Assembly (NCBI GenBank): GCA_903862465.1
Contig: CAIOYH010000217.1
Location: forward strand, 2,608 to 66,607
Direction: 5' to 3'
Source: an uncultured bacterium
Lineage (GTDB): Bacteria > Bacteroidota > Bacteroidia > Bacteroidales > CAIWKO01
DNA: 64,000 bases
In this document: in pieces, positions 1 to 10,268 of the stretch
How positions within the stretch are numbered: the stretch's first letter is position 1
How the letters are laid out: each line of letters opens with the position of its first letter
Notes under the pieces: model-generated
Databases searched by the model: none
What the model saw: only the letters and a program-made list of their open reading frames with translations
Told to the model about the DNA's origin: nothing
Position numbers and translations under genes: made by a program

Positions 1-1
1 T

Positions 2-484
2 GCCTTTTCTCCTATATCACTGTTGTTGTTGCCAAAAATAAGTAAGCTTGCGGCAGATAAAAACTATGACACCATCTTTAGTAATTCAAAAAAAATCATT
101 GCCATCACCTTGTTATTATCAGTATCAGCAGTACTTATCTTCGAATTTTTTGCCACCCCTATCATGCATATATATTTAAAAACTGCCCCTCCCCATTTAG
201 TAAATACAGCCCGCATCATTGCGTTGGGAATCCCGGGTTATACCTTATATATAGTACTGCGCTCTGTGTTGGATGCCTTGCATTATAGGGCAGTGAACAC
301 TCGCAACCTGTTGATTAGTTTTATTTTTTATTGTGTTGGCATCGTAATGTTGTTTTTGTTCAACATCCATTCCGAAACACTGATAGGGTTAAACATTTGG
401 ATTTTCTCTGTAAGTTTGAGCATTTTGGGGATATTAACCTATTTTGATTATCGTAAATCTAGAAACTCATTCTTAAAAAAATAA
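2..484 (+). CDS. C-terminal fragment of a Wzx/MOP-type polysaccharide flippase (5' end lies outside the window)
   Basis: The frame is open from base 2, with no stop before the listed TTG at 23. The product is a run of hydrophobic helices (IIAITLLLSVSAVLIFEFF, IIALGIPGYTLYIVL, LLISFIFYCVGIVMLFLF, IWIFSVSLSILGILTYF). It is adjacent to a glycan-synthesis cluster. Confidence 0.5.
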   Translation, partial: AFSPISLLLLPKISKLAADKNYDTIFSNSKKIIAITLLLSVSAVLIFEFFATPIMHIYLKTAPPHLVNTARIIALGIPGYTLYIVLRSVLDALHYRAVNTRNLLISFIFYCVGIVMLFLFNIHSETLIGLNIWIFSVSLSILGILTYFDYRKSRNSFLKK

Positions 485-498
485 AACGAAATCAAGGT

Positions 499-1089
499 TT
501 ATTTCATCCATTTGAAAAGGGTTTGAAAGATGATTTTTATATCAAGCATAAAGCTTTTTCGTTGGATGTATTCCATATTTAGTTTGATTTTATCGGGCAT
601 CACAAACTCAATATATCCCTTCTCGGCATCCTCAAATTTAGATAGAATTTCGTTTTCATTATAGTATTTTAAAGAAGCGAAATCGGTTAAGCCGGGTTTG
701 ACCGTAAGCACTTTCATCTGTTCCTGTGTATATAAATCAACATATTTGCGCACTTCGGGACGAGGACCAACGAAGCTCATATCGCCAAACAAAATGTTGA
801 GCAACTGCGGAAATTCATCCAATTTGTATTTGCGGAGGTAATATCCAACTCTTGTGATTCTCTTGTCTCTTGTGCCAACGGTTAATAAGCCTCTTTTGTC
901 CGCATCTTTATACATAGTGCGGATTTTGTAAAGTTTAAAATCGAGATTGTTTTTCCCAACTCTAGTTTGAAAATAAAAGATGCCCCCCTTGCTTTCCAAA
1001 AGAACTAAAACGGCAATAATAAATAGAAAGGGGAAAATGATTATCAATCCAAACAGAGAAGAAATAATATCAAAGCTACGTTTCAGCAT
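499..1089 (-). CDS. Bacterial sugar transferase (small monotopic initiating phosphoglycosyl transferase, PglC/WbaP C-terminal type)
   Basis: Has an N-terminal re-entrant helix (IISSLFGLIIIFPFLFIIAVLVLL) and the family motifs KLYKIRTM, DEFPQLLNILFGDMSFVGPRPE. Confidence 0.85.
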   Translation of the reverse strand: MLKRSFDIISSLFGLIIIFPFLFIIAVLVLLESKGGIFYFQTRVGKNNLDFKLYKIRTMYKDADKRGLLTVGTRDKRITRVGYYLRKYKLDEFPQLLNILFGDMSFVGPRPEVRKYVDLYTQEQMKVLTVKPGLTDFASLKYYNENEILSKFEDAEKGYIEFVMPDKIKLNMEYIQRKSFMLDIKIIFQTLFKWMK

Positions 1090-1119
1090 AAATCAAATAG
1101 ATAAAAGTTTAAAATGGGT

Positions 1120-2358
1120 TCATGTAATTTGAGTTTGAATCACTTCAATAAATTTCGTAGCCAAGCTGCTATTCACATGATTTGCCAATACATAATTTCT
1201 GCCATTCTCACCATAAGTAGCAAGAGTTTCATCTGATAAATGGCTCAGGGTTTTTATGGCTTGAGCTAAAGCAGTTGGGTTTTCAGGTTCAATTGAAATA
1301 CCACATTGGGCATCTGCCACCATATCGTTCCCTGCCTTAACAGCATGTATAATGGGTTTGGCAGACATCATATAATCCATAATTTTGTTCGGACTTATGC
1401 CAAACCTATATAGTTGAAATTGATCTTTCCATCCGATATAAAGTATATCAAAAAAAGATAGCAAATGCGGAATAGACCTTTTGGGGACGCTATCAAAAAT
1501 AAATACATGTTCCAAGGACTCCGTTTTAATTCTAGTTTCAAGATGTTGTTTCATAGGTCCTTTTCCAAACAAAACAAAGGCAATGGCATCGTCTGTCACT
1601 AGTTTTGCGGCATCCAAATAGCTGTCGAGTGCATTTGCCAATCCATAGGTACCCGTGTAGGCAATAATGCGTTTGTACTTTTTGCGAATGGCATTTAGGT
1701 TTGTTTTTACCTCTTCAGTGATAGCTTCAAAATCGTCCCATTCGCTCAAATTAATGCCATTGGGAATAAAAAACCATTTTTCAGCTTTCAGCCCGTGTGC
1801 CATCATGTGTTCTTTGGTTTTTGGAAGCATTGAAATCACTTTGTCGGACACTCGATAGGCAGTATTTTCTGCATATTGCATGAGCATAATAAACGGATGC
1901 CATTTGGAATAACCTCCCAATTCCATAGGGGAGAGGGGCCATAAATCATGGACTTCAAATAGAAGTTGCGCTTTGGATTTCTTAGCAATTTTCTTTGCAG
2001 GAAAAATATCCAAAGGATAGGTGGACGAAGCAATCACAACATCATAGTTTTTTCGTTTAAGCAATGTGGAAATGAGACGATACAATCTATAAATAAAAGT
2101 CAACATATTGATAAAACGTTTCGGGCTGTTCGATTGATATTTTGGTGTTCGTATCCACACATACTCTATCCCATCAATATTCTCGAACGCATATTTAGTG
2201 GTCATCTCAGGGTTTATAGTGCGAATATGAGAGTAAGATGCCGCAACAATACTTACGGAATGCCCTTGTTTTATCCATTCCTGAGCAAAATAATACGGAC
2301 GATATTCCATCCCTAATTTATCTGATCCGGCGTAATGATTAATTAATAAAATATTCAT
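1120..2358 (-). CDS. Glycosyltransferase family 4 (WbuB-like)
   Basis: Starts MNILLINHYAG..., has GT-B fold length, and carries a C-terminal GT4-type nucleotide-sugar region (GISIEPENPTALAQAI). Confidence 0.75.
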   Translation of the reverse strand: MNILLINHYAGSDKLGMEYRPYYFAQEWIKQGHSVSIVAASYSHIRTINPEMTTKYAFENIDGIEYVWIRTPKYQSNSPKRFINMLTFIYRLYRLISTLLKRKNYDVVIASSTYPLDIFPAKKIAKKSKAQLLFEVHDLWPLSPMELGGYSKWHPFIMLMQYAENTAYRVSDKVISMLPKTKEHMMAHGLKAEKWFFIPNGINLSEWDDFEAITEEVKTNLNAIRKKYKRIIAYTGTYGLANALDSYLDAAKLVTDDAIAFVLFGKGPMKQHLETRIKTESLEHVFIFDSVPKRSIPHLLSFFDILYIGWKDQFQLYRFGISPNKIMDYMMSAKPIIHAVKAGNDMVADAQCGISIEPENPTALAQAIKTLSHLSDETLATYGENGRNYVLANHVNSSLATKFIEVIQTQIT

Positions 2359-2418
2359 GGTTCAACTTCTTCTTATGCGTAGAGTATTTTGATGATGAAA
2401 AAAATAATTGTATTCACA

Positions 2419-3663
2419 TTAATCTGAATTGGAGCTAAACAAAAATGCAATAAAGAAACCAAAAAAGACGGTGCCTGCCTGAACTTCTAAAATAGATTCG
2501 GTAAGCATAGTCACGGTGACGATAATGAAAAATGATAATCCTAAGATGCTTTTACGTTTAATAGCTAATATCAGTATGGAACATACCAACAAAATAAGCA
2601 CTATGAACCCGCTTATACCTGTTGCCACAAAGGTTTGTACAAATTGGTTATGACAATTAAGGTTTTTTTCAATCCCATGATGGAATCCGTTTTTTACATA
2701 TTCTTCATTAAGATTTTTAGAAACATCGCCTGCCCCAACTCCCGTAAGCCAATGGTTTGAGATTATATCGGAGGAATATTTCCAAATAAGTATGCGTTGC
2801 TCCGAATCATTTTCAGTGTTGGGACTAATATTTTTTATGTTCTTTAGCGAACTAATCATGTCAACAAAGCGATTACCTACAAAAGGCACCATCTTTACAA
2901 CCATCACACTGCTAAGCATCATAGCACCTAGCAGTAGCAATACAAACCATATTTTCTTTTTAAAAACAGTGAACACAAATATGATTCCTAATACATTAAG
3001 AAACATCACTAGAATTCCTGCCTTTGAATTTAGGAGAAATACAAAAAGCATCAGGTAGAAAAGCAGCAAACAGAGTCCAACTCTTTTGATTAGTTTGCTG
3101 TTATGCCAAAGTTCAATTAATTTCAATAACACAATAGTTATGGAGAGATTGACATACATCGCTAGATAGGTGGGATGCTGAACATAGGAAAGATAGGTGT
3201 AAGTGAAAAAGTCTTTGGTGAAAAAGATAGTGAAACTGCGATAGAAGGCAATGCCAAAACAGGTAGTGGTAATAATAATCGCAGCCAAGACGTATAACAA
3301 TTGTATGTTTTGGAAGTGTTTTTTTGACCAAAAACGTTTCCCTATTAAAGATAGTAATAGCGGAAAAATGAGCAGGCTAAGTTTTACTTCTAAATCAAAT
3401 TTGCCTTTTTGGATATCTGTTGTAACCAACATGGATAAAGCATAAATGGCAAAAAATAGGATTGAAAATATTCTGATTATATTAAAATCAAATTGGATTT
3501 GTTTTCGCTGCTTAATAAAATAAAAAGCCCAACAAATAATAAAGAAGATGACAAAGAAAGGTATAATCTTTTTGTATAAAGGGATAGAAAAGGCAAGCAA
3601 TCCGATAGACCAATACAATGTGTCTAGCGCGGTAATCTTTTTTATTTTGTCCCCTAAAAGCAT
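2419..3663 (-). CDS. O-antigen ligase/polymerase-like polytopic membrane protein (Wzy_C type)
   Basis: About 10 TM helices and a Wzy_C-like signature, HNQFVQTFVATGISGF, after a large loop. Confidence 0.65.
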   Translation of the reverse strand: MLLGDKIKKITALDTLYWSIGLLAFSIPLYKKIIPFFVIFFIICWAFYFIKQRKQIQFDFNIIRIFSILFFAIYALSMLVTTDIQKGKFDLEVKLSLLIFPLLLSLIGKRFWSKKHFQNIQLLYVLAAIIITTTCFGIAFYRSFTIFFTKDFFTYTYLSYVQHPTYLAMYVNLSITIVLLKLIELWHNSKLIKRVGLCLLLFYLMLFVFLLNSKAGILVMFLNVLGIIFVFTVFKKKIWFVLLLLGAMMLSSVMVVKMVPFVGNRFVDMISSLKNIKNISPNTENDSEQRILIWKYSSDIISNHWLTGVGAGDVSKNLNEEYVKNGFHHGIEKNLNCHNQFVQTFVATGISGFIVLILLVCSILILAIKRKSILGLSFFIIVTVTMLTESILEVQAGTVFFGFFIAFLFSSNSD

Positions 3664-3664
3664 A

Positions 3665-5071
3665 TTACTTTTTACTGAATTTTGTTTTCAAGAATGCGAT
3701 GACGTCAAAATGAGCCAACAAAACGACTATGGCAGGCATTAATAATGCCTCCACAATTAATGGTTTGTATGCTTCGAAACCATTACGAATTAAGGTAGGG
3801 ATAAAGGCAATAAATAGCGAAGGAGCTAAAGAAAAGGCAATGAGTAGAAACTTATTGCGAATACGATAAAGGCGAACATTCATCCTAAAGATAAACGACC
3901 AAATAAATCCTAAAAAAACACCACCGATAAAAAGACCTAATATACCAAAGTTAATATACCATCCCGTTGCGTGATGAATGGTGTATCCCTGTCCTGGTTC
4001 TGCCTTCACAGCGTTGACATAATAGGTGTAAACATCCTCATCTCTATTCGGCATAATCATTTTTGGAATAAAAGATTCAGCCAAGTTTAATACACTCTTT
4101 CCATGGTTTATCGCCACATGTTTTGATAATGTGCCATACATGGAGAAATGCCCGTAAAACATTTCATTATTCAATAAAACATTCATATATGTAGGCACTT
4201 TTCTGTTTGTATATATCTCCATTTCTTCATGTGGCATATTACTATAATTCAGAATTGGCAAGCCGCGTACAAAATCGGTAAGCATAAGCGGGAAAATGAT
4301 AATACCAACAATGAGGGCAATTTTTTTCCATTCCACCTTTACATTGTTGCTGAAATAGAATAAAAAACAAAAGATGCCTGCAAACATCAAATCATGTTTG
4401 TTGCCAATAATTATGAAGAATAAGCTTACGACAAGAATATTAAGAAATATCATTATTCCATAAATGACGGAGGTTTGTTTAGAATAAAAGTATCGTACAT
4501 TCTTGGCTGAGAAATAGATTACTAAAGACAAATAAGCAGAAAACACCGAAATTAGATTAAACAGCATGTGTAAGGTGCCGAATTTATTAGGCGTGCACCT
4601 AATCATATAATAGAGGGATGTTTTGGTGTAATAGGCATCCATAAATTTTTGATGTACACATAGGTAGGATAAAACGATAGCAATGAAGCTAATTAGCAAT
4701 AGGTGTGTGGTGATTATAGAAATGGGTAATTTTTTGTTGGTTGGGAATGTCTCTTTTTTCCTGAACATAAACAGCATAGTAAGTTGCATGGAAATAAAGA
4801 AAATTCCGTAATAGATTATAGCTAGAAAATAGTTGTCGTCCAAGTGTAGTGGGAACATCTTCTTTTCAATAATGTAGTAGGTAAATCCAAAATCTTTACC
4901 TTTAAAGCCACTCAAAGCGTCCATAACGAAAAGCCAAGCGCCATTAAAAGTCCAATAATATATCAACAAGAAGCCAACAATAATGGCTATGCTATGGGTT
5001 TTCTTATAAATAAAATATCCAAGGACTCCTATTATAATGGTGATAAGACTTAAGAGAAGGATGTATTGCAT
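3665..5071 (-). CDS. Polytopic membrane protein, possibly a second polysaccharide polymerase/EpsG-like protein
   Basis: 468 aa, almost entirely TM helices. It abuts its neighbours in the glycan operon (3663/3665 and 5071/5072). Confidence 0.4.
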   Translation of the reverse strand: MQYILLLSLITIIIGVLGYFIYKKTHSIAIIVGFLLIYYWTFNGAWLFVMDALSGFKGKDFGFTYYIIEKKMFPLHLDDNYFLAIIYYGIFFISMQLTMLFMFRKKETFPTNKKLPISIITTHLLLISFIAIVLSYLCVHQKFMDAYYTKTSLYYMIRCTPNKFGTLHMLFNLISVFSAYLSLVIYFSAKNVRYFYSKQTSVIYGIMIFLNILVVSLFFIIIGNKHDLMFAGIFCFLFYFSNNVKVEWKKIALIVGIIIFPLMLTDFVRGLPILNYSNMPHEEMEIYTNRKVPTYMNVLLNNEMFYGHFSMYGTLSKHVAINHGKSVLNLAESFIPKMIMPNRDEDVYTYYVNAVKAEPGQGYTIHHATGWYINFGILGLFIGGVFLGFIWSFIFRMNVRLYRIRNKFLLIAFSLAPSLFIAFIPTLIRNGFEAYKPLIVEALLMPAIVVLLAHFDVIAFLKTKFSKK

Positions 5072-6055
5072 TTACTTTGTATTTAGAATTGTTTTATAAA
5101 CTTGTATGGTATTTTGACACGAATCAGTTCCGGAGAGATGTTGTGTAAGAAAGCTTTCGCGCAGATTATATGTGGGATTATTGTCCACTTGCCTAAAGAA
5201 CTCCACAAGATGTTTGGCAATATCTTGTGGGTCTTGGGTAGTCAATATGGCACCCTTCACATTGGTCAGACGTTTTTCTGTGTCACCAACAATGTTGCTT
5301 ACGATGGGTACATTACATGCCATTGCTTCCTTTATGATGGTGGGGCTTCCTTCACTATCACTGCACAATAGCACCACGTTGGACGCATTTAGCATCAAGG
5401 GGATTTTTTCAGGATCCATAGCGCCGCTTAATACTTCAAGACGGGTGGTAGGGAATTGTTTTCTTGTTAGTTCAATGGCGGCTGAAGCAATGTCTAAACG
5501 TTTTATTTTTGGATTGTTGCCATTAAATAGTACGACCAAATCTTGTTGATTCCAAGCGAGTGTTGCGCGGGCTTTGTCTCTCGGCATGGGTGTGAACACA
5601 TCTTCGTCAACGCCTAAAGGAATCACATGGGATTTGTAATGATATTTGCTTGGGATAAGATCTTTTAAAGCCTGACTTTGTGTTAGGTTGGCTACAGTTC
5701 TTTTTAAGCTATATCTTGATGCAAGTTTGGTGATTTTGTTGCGGAGAAAACTTTCTGAAACAGTAGTATTTAAATCGCTTCCTTGGAAGGTGATGACGGT
5801 TTTGGGATGCTTGAGGCAGGTGGTGAATAATCCGTTGATAGAGCCATAATGCGCATGAACGATATCAGGTTTTAGTTGTTTCATGATTTGCTTTACCTCT
5901 TTGCGAGCGCGGAACAAAGAGAAAAGATTGGTTCTAGATTTCAGGAAATAGACTTCGCCTTCAACGCCCATTTCTTGTAGTTTGCGGATTTGTCTTCTCG
6001 AAAAAATAAAACTACTCCCTTCGCCATCGCCGGGTATAATCCACAGTACTTTCAT
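5072..6055 (-). CDS. Glycosyltransferase family 4
   Basis: GT4-type EX7E-like segment CSDSEGSPTIIKEAMACNVPIV, with GT-B size. Confidence 0.75.
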   Translation of the reverse strand: MKVLWIIPGDGEGSSFIFSRRQIRKLQEMGVEGEVYFLKSRTNLFSLFRARKEVKQIMKQLKPDIVHAHYGSINGLFTTCLKHPKTVITFQGSDLNTTVSESFLRNKITKLASRYSLKRTVANLTQSQALKDLIPSKYHYKSHVIPLGVDEDVFTPMPRDKARATLAWNQQDLVVLFNGNNPKIKRLDIASAAIELTRKQFPTTRLEVLSGAMDPEKIPLMLNASNVVLLCSDSEGSPTIIKEAMACNVPIVSNIVGDTEKRLTNVKGAILTTQDPQDIAKHLVEFFRQVDNNPTYNLRESFLTQHLSGTDSCQNTIQVYKTILNTK

Positions 6056-6126
6056 AAGGAGAATCGGTTAGGTAAATTGCGAAAAAAGCTTAGAAATGGC
6101 ATATAAAGCATGGTTCAAATTTCTGT

Positions 6127-7338
6127 TTAGTTCCTGTTTTTGTTCACGGCAAATATCACTGTGTCTATCACTTCCTGCACCTGTTGGTCGGTCATGGTGA
6201 AGAAAACGGGCAGGGATATTTCCTTGGCATAATGTGAAAAGGCGTTGGGTACATCTTGAATGTTATAGCCATTGTCTTTATAAAATTTCAGTAGGGGCAA
6301 GGGTTGAAAATGGACGTTCACTGCCACTTCTTTCTCGAAAATGGTATCAATGATAGCATCGCGCAGCGACTCGTCAGCGTCTTTTATCTTTACGTTATAC
6401 ACATGAAAAGAGGAGCATTTGTCCGCAGGCTCGTGTTGGGGAAGGACAGCCCAATCCATAGCTTTAAAGGCATCGGAATACAGGGAGAATATGTGTTTAC
6501 GCTTAAGCATAATGTCGTGATATTCTTTTAACTGTGATACGCCTATGGCAGCCAATATGTCGGTCATATTCATCTTGTAGCCGGCTTCCAACACATCATA
6601 GCGCCAACCTTTTTTGACGGATTTTGCTAGGGCATCTTTGCTTTGTCCGTGGAGGCTTGAGATGTTGAGTTGGGCATAGATGGCATCGCAGTCGAAGGGT
6701 AGGGGCAGGTTGAGGGCGATGGCGCCGCCTTCGGATGTGGTGAGGTTCTTTACGGCATGAAAGGAGAAGACCGTGATATCGGTCAAGCTGCCCGTCTTCT
6801 TTCCGAAATAGGTGGCTCCCAAGGAATGTGCGGCATCTGACATCACCAATATCCTTCCTAGCTTCTGCTGAATTTCATTTTCAGGTTTAAATAGTTTCTG
6901 AATAGCTTCTTCGTTCACCAAAGCGTTTATCTCCTTGTAATCGCATGGGATACCGAACAAATCAACGGGCACGATGACTTTGGTTTTGGGCGTTATCGCT
7001 TTGCGGATATGTTCTACAGAAATATTGAAATCGTCGGGGCAGGAATCCACCATCACAGGCGTGGCGCCACAATGCATCACCACATTCGCCGTAGCGCAGT
7101 AGGTGTAAGCGGGGATGATGACTTCGTCGCCTTCCTTCACGCCAAACCACCGCAAAACCAACTCCAAACCCGCCGTAGCGGAGTTGAGGCAGAGGGTTTT
7201 TCGGTTGCCGCAATAGTCGGTCAACTGTTGTTCAAAAGCCTTGGTGACGGGTCCTGTGGTGATCCAACCCGACTGCAGCACTTTGGTTACGGCATCTATG
7301 GCATCTTGACTAATATATGGCGGCGAAAAAGGAATCAT
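6127..7338 (-). CDS. DegT/DnrJ/EryC1/StrS family PLP-dependent sugar aminotransferase
   Basis: N-terminus IPFSPPYISQDAIDAVTKVLQSGWITTGP, and a PLP-lysine motif FSFHAVKNLTTSEGG. Confidence 0.85.
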   Translation of the reverse strand: MIPFSPPYISQDAIDAVTKVLQSGWITTGPVTKAFEQQLTDYCGNRKTLCLNSATAGLELVLRWFGVKEGDEVIIPAYTYCATANVVMHCGATPVMVDSCPDDFNISVEHIRKAITPKTKVIVPVDLFGIPCDYKEINALVNEEAIQKLFKPENEIQQKLGRILVMSDAAHSLGATYFGKKTGSLTDITVFSFHAVKNLTTSEGGAIALNLPLPFDCDAIYAQLNISSLHGQSKDALAKSVKKGWRYDVLEAGYKMNMTDILAAIGVSQLKEYHDIMLKRKHIFSLYSDAFKAMDWAVLPQHEPADKCSSFHVYNVKIKDADESLRDAIIDTIFEKEVAVNVHFQPLPLLKFYKDNGYNIQDVPNAFSHYAKEISLPVFFTMTDQQVQEVIDTVIFAVNKNRN

Positions 7339-7479
7339 GGGCGTGTGAAAATGAAGTTATTCTGCTAGTTTAAATTAAAATTCAGACAAAGATACAATTT
7401 TTACTTCTTACGGGATGAAAAATTTATTGGACTAGCTACAAAAATGTATTTCTAAGCATCGTTAACCTAGGTATTTTTA

Positions 7480-8652
7480 TCAATACATGAGCAAGGTTTT
7501 GTGGAGTATTTCTGCCTGATGTTCAGCTTCCGCGAGGTCCCAATAATTTGTTTTTAGTTGGATGAGGCGCGGCTGAACGTACTCAGCATTGGGGCACAAC
7601 TTTTTTTGGTAGTGTTGCCACACCCGTGGGTCTTTTTGAATCACCTGCTGAAAAAACGGCTCGTTGTAGGTGAGTTTCCAAGCGGCATAAAAACTATCGC
7701 CACCGTTTTTCAGAAATAAGGCTCTGAAACGTTGCCAATCTGTTTCGGGATGTTCAGTTTTCAACAGCATGGCGTAGGTCCAATAAGCATTTTCGTAGCC
7801 TTCGGGCTGCGCTTGTGGGACAAGAAAATCGCAATCTTTCACCACTTCGTGAAACAGTTTCGCCACCGTTTTCTTCTGTTCCACCAATTCATCCGAACGT
7901 TCCACTTGGGCTAATGCCACGGCAGCGCAAAGTTCCGACATCTTGAAATTATAGCCGATGTTGATATGTCTGTCGAAATCGGGCTGCTGTAAAGTTTCGC
8001 GTTGTAGCGTGCTGCCCGTTGCCGTCAAGCCGTTGAATCCCAATCCGCAGAATTGACGAGCCTTTTGGGCAAGCATCGCATCGGGAGTGATTAGGATGCC
8101 GCCTTCGCCCGCGCTGAGGTGTTTGCTACCTTGAAAACTATAGGAGGCGAACTGCCCGAAACTGCCGACAAACTTGCCATTATATTTGCCCGAAAAACAT
8201 TGCGCATTATCTTCAATAAGAAAGAGATTGTGCTCGCGACACACATCTAGCAACGCGTCATAATCGGGAGGCAAACCATAGAGGGAAACAGAAAGGATGG
8301 CTTTGGTGCGCGACGTGATGCAGCGGCGCACGGATGCGGCATCCAAGGTGAAAGTGTCGGGAGAAATATCTGCAAAAACGGGCACGGAATTGTTGTGCAG
8401 TATGGCAAATGTTGGACTCGACATGGTGAGGGCAGGCACAATGACTTCGTCTGATGCCCCTAAGCCCAAAGCGGCGAGGGCAGTGTGCATGGTGCAGGTG
8501 CCGTTAGCATGGCTGATGGCGTAGCCCACCTGAAATTTCGCGACACAGGCTTGCTCAAGTCGTTGGTTGAATTGGGATTTTTTGGACGCCCGAAATTCAT
8601 TGTTTAAGGCTTCCATCACGTATTGGCGTTCGAGGAGGGTGATTCTGTTCAT
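7480..8652 (-). CDS. DegT/DnrJ/EryC1/StrS family aminotransferase (second copy)
   Basis: PLP-lysine motif YSFQGSKHLSAGEGG, with overall family length and pattern. Confidence 0.8.
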   Translation of the reverse strand: MNRITLLERQYVMEALNNEFRASKKSQFNQRLEQACVAKFQVGYAISHANGTCTMHTALAALGLGASDEVIVPALTMSSPTFAILHNNSVPVFADISPDTFTLDAASVRRCITSRTKAILSVSLYGLPPDYDALLDVCREHNLFLIEDNAQCFSGKYNGKFVGSFGQFASYSFQGSKHLSAGEGGILITPDAMLAQKARQFCGLGFNGLTATGSTLQRETLQQPDFDRHINIGYNFKMSELCAAVALAQVERSDELVEQKKTVAKLFHEVVKDCDFLVPQAQPEGYENAYWTYAMLLKTEHPETDWQRFRALFLKNGGDSFYAAWKLTYNEPFFQQVIQKDPRVWQHYQKKLCPNAEYVQPRLIQLKTNYWDLAEAEHQAEILHKTLLMY

Positions 8653-8691
8653 GAGTTAGAATTTTCTAGATTTATGTAATGAAATTCACGC

Positions 8692-9423
8692 CTACATAAT
8701 CACCGAATCCCAAATTTCGCTCGGGGTTCCATACGTACTATGTTTTCCTTTAAACATATAGCGCACATAATACCATGCCCGCATGCCTTCTTGGCTTGGC
8801 TCAAAAACATGTTTATATAATCCTCTGAAAACAACACCGTCGTAAGCAAACTCCTTCAGGCTAGGTGCGATGGTTTGTTTTTGGTCGGTGATGGCTATAA
8901 ACACCTGTATGTCTTTCACAAAGCTGTCTTTGGCTTTGCTTTTTCTACTGCCAATTTGCACAATACTCACCTGAACAAGATGCGCTGCTTCTAATATGCG
9001 TCCAAACAAAATCATTTCCGTGAGGGCGAGAGAAGTCGCCGATAGTTTTTGGTCGGGCATCGTGAGCCTCATAATTTCTTTTTGTGTTTCCTTCACCTTG
9101 GGGTTGTTGCGGATATAACGGCTGATAAACAAGCGCAAACTAGTTCCATCAATTATGTTTTTATTTCCGCTTTCATATTCCTTACGGGCAAGACGCATCT
9201 CAAATTTTTCGGATGATTTGGAATTTTTGTTTCTTACAATCTGCCAAATAGCATCCCAACGCATTTTGTTTTTGCCGGGAGTGGCGGTGAGCAATATCCA
9301 TTCGTCGAAGGCGCGTTGCGGCAAGTCCCAACTAGCAAAATAGCTGCCTGCGGAGGTCACAAATTGTTGCTGCCAACCGTCAAATTCGCTGTTGGCATGT
9401 GGAATAAAGTCTTTCGAAGCCAT
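8692..9423 (-). CDS. Hypothetical protein with an FN3-like C-terminal beta-sandwich tail; first gene of the polysaccharide operon
   Basis: 243-aa ORF on the same strand as the operon. Its C-terminal strand pattern RAWYYVRYMFKGKHSTYGTPSEIWDSVI resembles the FN3 F-G strands and the tails of the ORFs at 24554 and 44353. Confidence 0.5.
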   Translation of the reverse strand: MASKDFIPHANSEFDGWQQQFVTSAGSYFASWDLPQRAFDEWILLTATPGKNKMRWDAIWQIVRNKNSKSSEKFEMRLARKEYESGNKNIIDGTSLRLFISRYIRNNPKVKETQKEIMRLTMPDQKLSATSLALTEMILFGRILEAAHLVQVSIVQIGSRKSKAKDSFVKDIQVFIAITDQKQTIAPSLKEFAYDGVVFRGLYKHVFEPSQEGMRAWYYVRYMFKGKHSTYGTPSEIWDSVIM

Positions 9424-9653
9424 TTGTTCGTATGTTAATTGTTCTTAGTCTCGTTTCTTTTCCGCCTGCTTGTGTTTTAGATTAAGTTGCTGCACCGGCT
9501 AGCGGATAATTCGGTGCATATATATTTAAAGTACGTATGCGAAACCGTGAGATATTTGCTTCCATGCTGCAATTTCGGATTGCTATACTTCCGATGTCCG
9601 CAGGGAGTGTTCTAACCCGTACTAGGATGCTTCAGACTGCCCCCTACAATCTT

Positions 9654-9833
9654 CAGGGGTGACCCTCCATATTTTGGGGGCTCCCCTTATTATTTAGGGG
9701 GATTCCCTAAATAAATTAGGGTCTTCCCTAAAAAACTCGGGGGATTCCCTGAACATCTTGGGGGCTTCCCTAAAATAACTAGGGGATACCCTAGAAACAT
9801 CAGGGGACTCCCTAAACATCTAAGGGATAAGCA
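9654..9833. repeat. Tandem array, about 9 units of 21 bp with a GGGGnnTCCC palindromic core
   Basis: The TTCCC/CTCCC cores fall at 9661, 9682, 9703, 9724, 9745, 9766, 9787, 9808 and 9829, an exact 21-bp spacing. Confidence 0.9.
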
Positions 9834-10243
9834 GCTTTACACCCATTTGCAGTTGGAAACCCTCTAGTAGCAAGCGTTTAACTTCCTATGAGAAGATTTT
9901 CTCTTACAGTTTCTGCTGCAAATATACAAACATTTATTGGAATATACGCCCTTTGAAGAAAATATTTTCCTCTTGCAATTTCTTACTTAGTAACTGCACC
10001 CGCCTTACTGCAAATTGATTGCTCGAGAAAGCTGATAAGACTATTTTCTTTGCAGATAGAATGCGCAGAACAAGCTGCAGCAATAGCTAGAAGAATTATA
10101 GGGCGCTGAGAGGCTCTTAATGCTGACATTATCTCTCAATTTGATGATGCTATTCTTCTTGTATGAGGAGTTTCAAAGCCTATATCTTTAAGGATATCTT
10201 GTTTGATAGAAAAAAAAATTGCCCTCATTCGAGCAAATATGTT

Positions 10244-10251
10244 TACATTTG
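10244..10251 (+). promoter_or_regulatory. Bacteroidota-type -7 box (TACATTTG) upstream of aroK
   Basis: Matches TAnnTTTG and lies 18 nt upstream of the ATG at 10269. Confidence 0.4.
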
Positions 10252-10268
10252 TATCAACAATTTTATGA

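Noticed and set aside
9697-9707. GGGGGATTCCC resembles a eukaryotic NF-kappaB site
   Set aside because: This is a coincidental resemblance with no meaning in a bacterium. The relevant property is the small inverted repeat phased every 21 bp.
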